NCBI RefSeq assembly: GCF_964355755.1
Contig: NC_092676.1
Span: 19,424,871 to 19,488,870 of the forward strand
Reading direction: 5' to 3'
Source of the DNA: Antedon mediterranea
Taxonomy: Eukaryota > Animalia > Echinodermata
Length of the DNA: 64,000 nt
Position numbers and translations under genes: made by a program. Positions 26,250-37,500 of this stretch are shown here, piece by piece. Below the pieces are notes generated by a model. That model saw only the letters and a program-made list of their open reading frames with translations, searched no databases and was not told the DNA's origin. Every line of letters begins with the position of its first letter. The stretch's first letter is position 1.

Positions 26250-28459
26250 AAATTTTAAAGACCTCTTTCTCGCCACTATCAACGATTGTATCCCTAAAGT
26301 CAAAAGTAAAAAAGAAACAGGCCAGCTTGGATAACTCAAGAAATGGTTACCATGGCTCGTAAAAAGAAACGAATGCTAAAAGAGGCTCATCGTCATCCTC
26401 ATAACCCAAATAAGATGGACAAATATAGAAAGTTTAGTAATAAATTAAGAAACCTAACAAAAAAAGCTCATTTACAATATTAGGAAATTAAGTGTCGCCT
26501 GTGTAAATGGTGACTCCAAACGTTTTTTTAGTTATGTTAAGACAAGGCGTAAGACTGGACAAGTCAAAAACTTTGTTTTTAATGGTATACCCTTGGTTTC
26601 CGATATCGATGCGGTAAATGAATTTTCCACATTCTTTGCGTCAAACTTTAACGAACCTAATCGTAATTTCAATGTTAACCATGAGATCTGTAATTGTGTT
26701 CACCCAGATATTGTTCCCCTTAATAACATTAATATTACTAAAAAAACTATTTTCGAGGCTCTATTGTCATTGAAACCCAACAAATCCCCTGAACCAGACG
26801 GGATTACACCTAAAATGTTATCCATGTCAGCTCCAATTATTGCCCCAGTGTTGTGCAAAATGTTTAACAAGTTCTTAACGGATGGCTTTGTACCAAAAGA
26901 TTGGAAACTCGCGAATGTCACTCTTATTTTTAAGTCAGGTAATCGTAACGATGTTAATAATTATCGACTCATATCGCTATGTTCTATTATAGGTAAGGTT
27001 TTTGAACGTATTATAGCAGATAACATTCTTTTTCATCTTCAATTTTTTGGATTTATAAGTCCCACGCAACACGGGTTTTATCCAGGTAGATCGTGTATTA
27101 CACAGGCCTCAGCGTTATATCATGATTGGTCACAAACAATGGATGTTAGACAATCTCCTGTAATTGATGCAATATTCCTTGATTGGGAGAAGGCCTTTGA
27201 CCGTGTTCCCCATGATTTAGTAATCAAGAAACTGCACAACATGGGAGTATGTGGATCTCTCCTAAAGTGTCTTCACTCCTTTCTCAGTGACAGATTCCAA
27301 CGTGTTGTTCTTAATAAGGAGCATTCTGATTGGGATAGAGTGGGCTCGGGTGTTCCTCAGGGATCAGTGTTAGGCCCGCTTCTATTTAATCTCTTTGTTT
27401 TTGACCTACCTCTAAATACCTCTTCTGTTATGAAGCAGTATGCAGATGATACAGTAATTTATAAACCTGTATTCAGTCGTCATGATGCACTTACCTTACA
27501 ACAGGATCTTTGTAAAATTTCCAAATGGTGTGAGGATAATAAAATGAAATTAAATGCAAAGAAGTGTAAAGTCATGCACATAACTAGGAAACGTAATTAT
27601 ATCCCTCATTTTATTTATACAATCGAATCCAATCCCCTTGAAGCTGTTAATTCACATAAATATCTTGGTATTAACTTCTCACGTGATTTAACATGGTCTG
27701 CTCACGTTAATGATGTATCGATGAAATCAATGAGAATGCTTGGGTTTATCAAACGGTTTGTAGGTTTCAATGACACCAAAATTTTACTACGACTTTTTAA
27801 TACACTATGTCGACCTGTTATTGAATATGGTGCTCCTGTGTGGGATCCACATCAAAAACAACATAATATAGCTATTAACAAGTCATTAAGACGGGTTACT
27901 AAATTGTGTGTTGAAGGCGATTTCACTGACAGGCTTAAGATACTAAATTTACCAGATATGGTTCAAAGAATGAAATTTCATAGTATAATTTTTGTAGTTA
28001 AGTGTTTGCATAATTTAATTGATTTTGATATACTTGAATACCTTACAATTAATTCTCGGTATCCAGAGTCGCTCACCTTTAAACACATGTATGCTAGAAC
28101 TAATGCATTTAAATACTCCCTGTTTGTTAATTTCCCTCGAATATGGGAATGTATCCCGCATGAAGTTCGTAACAAAGTCCTGTTTAACTTTGGGGGGTTT
28201 AGAAGGGATTTGAAAAAATGTATTACTGATATCGAATTCATCTAGACTATCACTGTGTTTTTATGTCTTTTGCGTTTTTCGTACTATTAGTTGGGAAAGC
28301 CACTCGACAGTGCAGTTCTTTTGAACTGATCCACTTTTGGTTACCCGCAGGTGCTGATAGTACTTTTGTTCTGTTTTGTTGAATGATGCCGTACCTTGTT
28401 TATGATTTTTGTATGTTACCTGGAAATTGAATAAAATAAAAATAAAAAAATAAAATAAA
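26250..28459 (+). mobile_element. 5'-truncated CR1/Jockey-group LINE retrotransposon
   Basis: Frameshifted ORF2 upstream part (FKDLFL...CIPK, PAWITQE, KRFFSYVK) followed by an open RT ORF, a 3' UTR and an (AAAAT)n-like tail at ~28430-28459. 5' boundary approximate. Confidence 0.88.
26593..28245 (+). CDS. LINE ORF2 reverse transcriptase (partial)
   Basis: Motifs KSPEPDGI, WKLANV, NYRLISL, QHGF, FLDWEKAFDRV, SGVPQGSVLGPLLF, YADD, KYLGI, EYGAPVWDP. Confidence 0.92.
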   Translation: MVSDIDAVNEFSTFFASNFNEPNRNFNVNHEICNCVHPDIVPLNNINITKKTIFEALLSLKPNKSPEPDGITPKMLSMSAPIIAPVLCKMFNKFLTDGFVPKDWKLANVTLIFKSGNRNDVNNYRLISLCSIIGKVFERIIADNILFHLQFFGFISPTQHGFYPGRSCITQASALYHDWSQTMDVRQSPVIDAIFLDWEKAFDRVPHDLVIKKLHNMGVCGSLLKCLHSFLSDRFQRVVLNKEHSDWDRVGSGVPQGSVLGPLLFNLFVFDLPLNTSSVMKQYADDTVIYKPVFSRHDALTLQQDLCKISKWCEDNKMKLNAKKCKVMHITRKRNYIPHFIYTIESNPLEAVNSHKYLGINFSRDLTWSAHVNDVSMKSMRMLGFIKRFVGFNDTKILLRLFNTLCRPVIEYGAPVWDPHQKQHNIAINKSLRRVTKLCVEGDFTDRLKILNLPDMVQRMKFHSIIFVVKCLHNLIDFDILEYLTINSRYPESLTFKHMYARTNAFKYSLFVNFPRIWECIPHEVRNKVLFNFGGFRRDLKKCITDIEFI

Positions 28460-28582
28460 GTAGTCACATAAAGAATATGCATGTCATTGAAGAAAGATAC
28501 ATTTTCGAGAAGAAAAAAGCTGGGATCCTAGCCATCCCAACCAGTCGTTGTCAACATAGGTCTACTGTGCTTGTTTACTTCC

Positions 28583-30727
28583 TTAACTTTCAATCTCATA
28601 TTTATCTGCAACTGAACATAATGATTGTAGTATTACATCGTTTGACGTCATTCCTTCTAGTTCTTTGATAATGCCTTCAATTTCAGTAGCAGCATTGTCA
28701 AGATTACCTTCATGCATATCAATTGATGTTTTAACAATTGTGTATATATCAAACCCAATGGCCAATACACCAACAGCCACCCCAGCTGCTTTCAGTGCTG
28801 TGATACCAAAAGTCTTCACGGCTGCTTCGCCAATGCCATCGATTGCTCGTATAAAAGCCGTTTTTCCAGCTGAAAAGAAATAAAAAATACTCGATTATAG
28901 CATTAACCAGTGAAACTGAGTTTATACAGTACCGTATGGCACAAAGTGCTACCTTGGATATACTGTCACTCATTCTCAACAGTCTGGGTTGGTTCCCACT
29001 AGGACGCAACGCAAGAACGTCTGCAACGCGAGCGAATTGATCAATCACAAGTTACTGTTCGAATAGTCTTGCTTTTGATTTGTCAATTCACTTGCGTTGC
29101 AGCATACGTCCTACTTGCATATTGTTTTACTGTACTATAAAGATTCATTTATTGAAATTGTGAATTATGTACAAATGTACAATAAGATAATAATCATATT
29201 CAAAACCAATATTTTTTACCTGTTATTGTGGATTCTAATGCTCCAGTAAAGAACGAACCACTATCGGTCACTATTCTCAGAACAGTAACAGGTTTTCCAG
29301 AAACAATTTCACTAACTAGAAAAAAAACCATTGTAAAAATATATGCATACAGTACCTTTTATCATATGTATAGTTAGTACACTCACATTCTTTATACAGT
29401 TCTTCCTTATACAACATTCAACACAGTTTTAGCAAACGAGCAAAACATGTTTGTTTTCAAATATTAGGCCTACAGTTTTATGTTGCAGTAGGCCTAACTA
29501 TATTTTCAGTGCCGCCCGGAAGTTAATTGCTTCATCAATTCAATCATTACATTATTTTAAAAGATTTAAAAATAATTTACAAAACTCGTTACGTGGGTAG
29601 CACAACACGTCCGTGTGTTAAATCAGGATAAAATATACTTCGTTTATTTATGTTTACCTTGATTTACTTCTTTAACTGTTCCAATTACCTTCTCAAGTAT
29701 TTTTCCAATTCCTGTATAATTATTTAAAAAAACCTAGGTTAGAATGTTTTCCAGCTATTTGTTCTTTAACTGTATTTCAACACTTGTCTAAAACATAATA
29801 AAATATTATTTACTTATGGTAACTATGTAGGCGTCTTGAACTTTCTTAAAAACAACCATGAACATATCAAACTTTTCTGCAGTTTCCATATGAACTTTAA
29901 GATCTTGGTATCTCTTTTGAAGATTTTCAATTTTTTGGAACATTTCATCCTTCTTTATCAGTTCAATGACTCTGTTAACTGACTTGCTTTTTAATATTTC
30001 ATCTGCAATTGAAGCACCGCCAACCACAACTCCACCAGTAGCTCCAACAACAACTCCGCCTACAGTAGCAACTGCAATTGGTGTAGCCAACCCGGCGGTC
30101 ACGAAGCTTAATCCAACTGCACCTACACTCACAGCTGTCCCAACTATTGATGTTGCTGCACCTGTTAGCTTGGCAATACCAGACCGTTTTTTCCGAGTTT
30201 TCATCTCTTCAACAACTGCCTGTAGTTTTTTAATTATTAATCTTTTTCGATCTTCGTCCCAAGCAGCAAACGCAGTTTCTAATTCAATTTGTTCGTCATG
30301 GATTCCTTTTATAGACTCTATAAGAGTCGCAACTGCGTGTGATTCAGATACTTCTTTGCTTAGAGTTTCACCAGTAAACAAAGCCTTTGCAATCACTGGT
30401 ATGGCAGGAATCAAAGTCATGATACCTTCAAACCCAATTCTGCAAAGGAAAATGGTTTCATTGTCTTCTCTACATTAAGAATTCTAACTTAAAGATCTAT
30501 TAAATTAAATTATCATATCTGAATATTTTGTATAAAACTTACTTCCAGTAAGAAGAACCGTATGCAACTTCCTTGTATATTTTCACTGCAAGATTTTGAT
30601 TTGCGCTATTTTGTTGGATGAAAAACTGTGCATTTTTTTCGTCGTCATTTTCTTTAAGTAGGTTTTTATAGCAGTATGCATGTAAACTTCTGTCTATATC
30701 ATTGATCACAATATCGAAACTCTCCAT
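28583..30727 (-). CDS. Apolipoprotein L-like protein, paralogue C (5 exons, ~415 aa)
   Basis: Exons 30727-30543, 30439-29814, 29711-29658, 29315-29220, 28869-28583; GT-AG, in frame (1248 nt). Homologous to A and B across all five exons. Confidence 0.85.
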
Positions 30728-31520
30728 TATTTCTCGGGGATTGTTGAATGAAGGAAATAGAATGAACAATACGCTGACAATGTTTAGGATATAAGAGAGC
30801 AATGTAACAACTGGTCGAGCTGAATACGTTTCAACCAATCAAATTAATTGTCACCCAGACTTTCGTCCAATCGCTTTGTTTCATTTGTTTATTTTCCAGG
30901 TAACTCAGGTAACCACTCTACAACAACGAATTATAAAAACAGAGGTGTAGATGATGCCCTATTATTGTGTAGGCCTATCCATAACGTCAGAAAATAAACA
31001 ACCCCGTTTGCTTGCGACAATGTTCAAGAATATTTTACAGAAATCAATAGGTTTGTTGAATGGGTGCTATCATAAGTTTATATTAATTTCAGTAAAGTCT
31101 GCTTCAAATCATGAAAGTATAATACAATCATTCAATAATAATTGAAAGGGTATCTGACCACACATAGCCTAGGCCTACTTAGGAAATATAGTAAAAAATG
31201 ATAAGCTATGAAATGCTAATTCAAATTACCTGCTAGCAAAGCTATTAGAATTATTTAAGGAATTATTAATGAACTGAAAGTTTAGAATAATTCTTTTCCT
31301 ACCAGACAATAATTGACCATCCATCAAAATTGGATTGAAGAATCACTGTTCTGACAACCACATGAAGTATTCTCCTATTAGTACTCAATAAGATTTAGGG
31401 ACACACAGAAGGCGCTAGTAGCGCACCACAGTTTTGAAGTTTGCGTGTGCAAGTTTAAAATTCATTTTTCAGAATTTCTTCTGTGTAGGCCTAGCTAGGC
31501 CTAGCCTGTCTTGTGTTGTG

Positions 31521-34500
31521 ATGATGGCGGTTCGTCTGATTTTGCAAAGTGACTGGAATACAGCTCTTCGGTAAATGTCTAATGTTTAGGGATTATGTTT
31601 ATTATTCTAAAATAGAATAGTCACATATTTCTTTGATTTTTCAGTCTACATTTTATTCCTCACATTTTCTTTTTAGGCACAACGAAGGGCATGCTTGGAT
31701 TTCTTGTAAGACTGTGTCTTGTGGTGGTAATGAAGAGACAGGAGGTAGGAGGCCCTTAGGCCTAGGCCTAAGTTTTGTATGGTGGTAGGCAGTTACAGTT
31801 CGCTAAGAAATATTAATAAAAGCAAAACTATAACATTTCGTTAAAATTAGTCCGAAATTTATTTTCCATCTTGTTATTGTGTTATATATAAATAGGGCCT
31901 AGCCTAGGCTACCATAATACCGTAGCTAGGCCTACCCTATTTATTTTTATTAATTTACGCCGTGGCTAAAGATACGGTAACGTATTCTAACTTCTGTTTA
32001 CTAAAGGTACGGTAAAATTGCATTACGTCATAACCAGCCAATGGGGTGCTGGTACGTGTGTGACGTCATCGTATAAGGACTTTGGATTTTTATCATATTG
32101 CGAAAACAGTGATCAACCGCATTTTCTTTATGCTTCATTTATCGCTATTATCGCTGTCGTGTGTGACAAAAACTAAATGTAGCCTACGTCTGTTATTATT
32201 ATTGAAAAGCCAAAACATGTTGATTTTAATTCTAGAATACAGAAAACCGTTTCAAAAGAGGCCTAGGCCTACTTACTACGTACTATAACCTCATTATATG
32301 AGTTTGTTTGTGTAGGGAAAGCGATGCCAGGCTGGGGCCAGCTGCATGTGTGCGCTGATTTCTGTGACTCGGACCTGGGCTCCTGTCTAAAAATCATAGT
32401 ATTTGAGGGCCCCTTTATTGTAAGTCCTTATACGATGACGTCACACACAGATTGGCTGATTATGGCGTAATGCAATTTTACCGTACCTTTAGTAAACAGA
32501 AGTTAGAATACGGTACCGTATCTTTAGCCACAGCGATTAATTTAATATTATTAATATTGTAATGTATTTGAAAGTCAAGGAGAACTGGTATCGGGCAACT
32601 TCTTATTGGTCAGGTAATACTAATCTACAATCGGTAAGGCCCGGTATCACCCAGTAGTAGTGCCCGGTAGTGTTTTATGATAATGTTATCAAGTACATGT
32701 TATATGACAGTATTATAATATTTATTGTATGTCAAAATACTGATTATGTTTATTCTCAAATTGAAGACTGCTCCACAATTTGCATCTACAACTGTGATGT
32801 GTAATGCGTTAATCTCTACTCTTACTACAAAATATGGGGAGTACACTGGTCTCTTTATTAGGAACTTGGTAAACGTACACATGACGGTCACGTCCACATG
32901 GTTCGTAGTCGACTGTTACTCATCAACAGATATACGGGCGTTGACGTGACAGTGAACGTATGACGTAATGACTTCGGGGTCTGACCTTGTAATATATATT
33001 TGTAAAATCAAATCCCTACTTTAGATCTTAAGAAGGCCATAGATCAGGGTATTTTACTGAATCTGAAATATTTTTTTAATAGTGAAGGTGTAATTAGTTG
33101 GTTTGCAAATTACCTTAACGATGTTACATTAGAAGTTATACCATTTATAAAATTTGTATGTAATACATGACGGCATTGGTTGGTTAAAAACTGCTTTGTT
33201 TGGATGTATAATGTTAAACAAATACCGTAAATCTTCTAATTGTAACCCTGGGTTATTATTCTTTGATTGTTGTTTAGGGTGGGTTACTATTAGAAAGGGT
33301 GGGGGGAGGGGTTACTATTACTAATCTTAAATTAGGCACCTGAAAATAGTAACCCACCCCAACTTTTCCAGTCAGCAAATCATAAACAATAAACAAATTT
33401 GTTTGAACTCTAACTTTATTTTATAAACTCAAAAACACTCAATCCTCCCAACTGCTGAGATCAACATGCATTATCTCCTTTTTTTTTTCAAAATACGGCT
33501 GCATCATAAATGACCAGTCTTCATAATGTCATTTTGTCAGTAGTTTTTGTGACTGCTCTAATAATTAACCACATGGGTTATTGTTATAGATTGACTTATA
33601 AGGTGGGTTACTATTTGAAGTGGGGTTACTATTAGAGTGTGGGTTTACTATTAGAAGATTTACAATATTTCTTTACCGGGTATATGCAGTTCAGTATTTG
33701 TTTATACTTAGTAAGTAATACCAGTGTACGCAGTGAAACTAACAGTTGTTCTTTTTCACTCTTTCAGCATGTCCAAGTACCCAAGGCGAGCTGATTTCTC
33801 ATGGTATTTCTAATAATGGCGTGCCATATGTAGTAGGATCCGAAGGTTTCAGTGTTGAACAAATTACAAAGGTTTAGTATGATGATGATACTCTCACAAG
33901 CAAGTGTCCTTTATGGAAATAAGCTTGTTCTTTGGCAGCAGTCTCTTTTAATAGTCTGTCTTCAGCTTTGTATACACAAACATAAATTATAACTAGAATT
34001 TAATTCGTCACTTTGACGAATTATAGGTGATCATTTTTATCATTTTAATAAAATAAACATTTTTTAAACATGCATATACGTTAACATACGATCGTTAAAA
34101 GTTGATGTACGCCATCCTATGACATGATGCATATACACTTATATTGCTGAGTTCTACCTATTATGTGTCATACAATATGTACAGTATATACTGTATATCT
34201 ATATACAGTGTAGCATAGGTGAAAATACGGGACTCATATCGTGTTCTAATTTTTTGGTATGATGGAATTTTCAAAATAAACTCGAAGATGACAATTTCGA
34301 AATATAATGAATTGAGCAAATAAATATAAGGATTGGAAGAAAATTTGACACGTAGAAGCGCAATGCGCGGTCTTTGAAATTTGTATAACTTTGACTAAAG
34401 AAATTTAAAAACTACTTTTTAAATTCAACTGGCCATATGATAACATCACAACATCCGATAGGGTTAATTTTAATATGAATTCATATCTACATTTCATCAG

Positions 34501-37500
34501 CTTTCATAATAAGTTATAATCTTCAAGGTCACCTTTAATTCTGAAGAGCTATAAGATATTCAAATGTATGGTGTAGCTGAAATTACACGACCTAGGTTAT
34601 TCAAGTTTTTACGCGTGATGACGTCATCAAAATAAAAATGTTGACAACTCATTAGAAGAATAATTAATTGAGCAAGCACATACTAAAAGTTGTGCGAAAA
34701 TCGGGCTCAAATAACGGAGATGCGCTCTATTGAATGTGATAACCCTCACAAAAAGATAAAAATTCCTAATTTTTAAATTCAAGTGGCCATTTGATGACGT
34801 CATACCATTTTGTACATCTAATGTGTATATACATTTGTATCTTCCATAATAAGTTAAAAAAATTGGGGTCACCTGCCATTCTGAAGAGTTATACTCATTT
34901 TAAGAAGTCCTTATTTTTTACCATTTTTAGCACTTTTGTACAAATAATGTGCGCATTTTGTCATTTTTAACGTGCTCGTATAGCGTTATTTTTAGTCGAA
35001 ATGGACTCAAATTTGGTGAATGTACTATGGAAGATGAGTAGAACGCAATTTGTAAAAAAAAATGTATTTTTTAAGCTTTCTATCTACGCACGCGCAAAAA
35101 CGTGTTTTTGCCCAGTAATTTTTTAAAACACGCAAATGGCCTAATTCATGCTCTAAATTGATCAAAACTTAATTTTGAGCGTTTTAAATTTTTAACGCGC
35201 GATTTCACGCGCATGAACCTAGGTGCGCGTGCGTTTTTATTTGCTAAAATTTTTACCCTTGACCTAAAGTTTACGTGTAGTGAATTTCATTAATATGTGA
35301 TAATGAATTATTGAGATATGACTGATAATGTGATTTCGCAAAATTGCGTATAAATGACGTCACGGATGAGTGATGACGCTGAAAAGGTTATTGTGGCTAA
35401 GTTAAAGTATTTGAAAGACAATGTGAAATTTTGGTAATCATTGACATTAAACTTTTTGAGATATTTGTTACACAAAATCTGTACAGAAAGAAATTGCGAA
35501 GAAAAATTTTTTTTTACAAAAACAATTTCTCACTAGAATTTAATTCGTCACTTTGACGAATTATAGGTGATCATTTTTATCATTTTAATGAAATAAATTT
35601 TTTTTAAACATGTACGTACGTTAACATACGATAGGAAAATGTTGATGTATGCCATCCTATTATACGCTTATAGTGCTGAGTTATGCCTATTATATGCCAT
35701 ATACAATGTACAGTATATACTGTATATCTATATACAGTGTAGCATAGGTGAAATTATGGGACACACATCAAGTTCAAATTTTTTGGTATGATGGAATTAT
35801 CAAAATAAACTCGAAGATGACAATTTCGAAAGATAATGAATTGAGCAAATAGATATAAGGATTGGAAGAGAATTTGACACGTAGAAGCGCAATGCGCGCT
35901 CTTTGAAATTTGTATAACTTCGACTAAAGAAATTTAAAAACTACTTTTTAACTTCAACTGGCCATATGATAACATCACAACATCCGATACGCTTAATTTT
36001 TATATGAATTCATATCTACATTTCATCAGCTTTCATAATAAATTATAATCTTCAAGGTCACCTTTAATTCTGAAGAGCTTTAAGATATTCAAATGTATGG
36101 TGTAGCTGAAATTACACGACCTAGGTTATTCAAGTTTTTACGCGTGATGAAGTAATCAAAATAAAAATGTTGACTACTCATTAGAAAGATAATTAATTGA
36201 GCAAGCACATACTAAAATTTGTGCGAAAATCGGGCTCAAATAACGGAGATGCGCTCTATTGAATGTGATAACCCACACAAAACGATAAAAATTCCTAATT
36301 TCTAAATTCAAGTGGCCATTTGATGACGTCATACCATTTTGTACGTCTAATGTGTATATACATTTGTATATACAACTTATTGGCTTCCATAATAAGTTAA
36401 AAAAATTGGGGGTCACCTGCCATTCTGAATAGTTATATTCATTTTAAAAAGTCCTTATTTTTTACCATTTTTAGCACTTTTGTACAATTAAAGTGCGTAT
36501 TTTGTCATTTTTAACGTGCTCGTATAGCGTTATTTTAAGTCGGAATGGACTCAAAGTCGGAGAATGTACTAAGGATTGTGAGTAGAATATGATGTATACA
36601 TCAAATTTTATTTTTTACCCTTTTTAAAAATCGCGTGCGCAAAAATGTGTTTTTGCGCAGTAATTTTTTTAAACACACAAATGGCCTATTTCATGCTCTA
36701 AATTGATAAAAACTAAATTTTGAGCTTTTTAAAATTTCAACGCGCGATTTCACGTGCATGACCTTGAAACGCCCGAGTTTTTATTTGCTAATATTTTTTA
36801 CCTTGACCTCAAGTTTACGTGTAGTGATTTTCATTAATATGTGATAATGAATTATGGAGATATGATTGATAATGTGATTTCACAAAATGGCGTATACGTG
36901 ACGTCACGGATGAGTGATCACGCTGAAAAGCTTATTAGGACTAAGTTAACGTATTTGAAAGACATTGTGAAATTTTGGTAATCATTAACATTAAACTTTT
37001 TGAGATATTTGTTACACAAAATCTGTACAGAGAGAAATAAATAATAAGAATAAGAATAAAGATTTCATACAATAACAATAGGTGATCATTTTATTCTAAA
37101 TGATCACCTAACTAGAATTTAATTCGTCACTTTGACGAATTATAGGTGATCATTTTTATCATTTTAATGAAATTAACACTTTTGAAACATGCATGTACGT
37201 TAAAATACGATCGTAAAAAGTACGCCATCCTATGACATACATACGCTTATAGTGCTGAGTTGTGCCTATTATGTGACATATACAATATGTACAGTATATA
37301 CTGTATATCTATATACAGTGTAGCATAGGTGAAATTACGGGACACACATCATGTTCTAATTTTTTGGTATGATGGAATTATCAAAATAAACTCAAAGATG
37401 ACAATTTCGAAAGATAATGAATTGAGCAAATAAATATAAGAATTGGAAGAGAATCTGGCACGTAGAAGCGCCGTGCGCGCTCTTTGAAATGTGTATAACT

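Noticed and set aside
30728-30838. Upstream extension of APOL-C exon 1 in the ORF track (start 30838)
   Set aside because: The ATG at 30727 gives an exon length equal to paralogue A (185 nt). The extension starts at a non-ATG codon within the CCAAT box.
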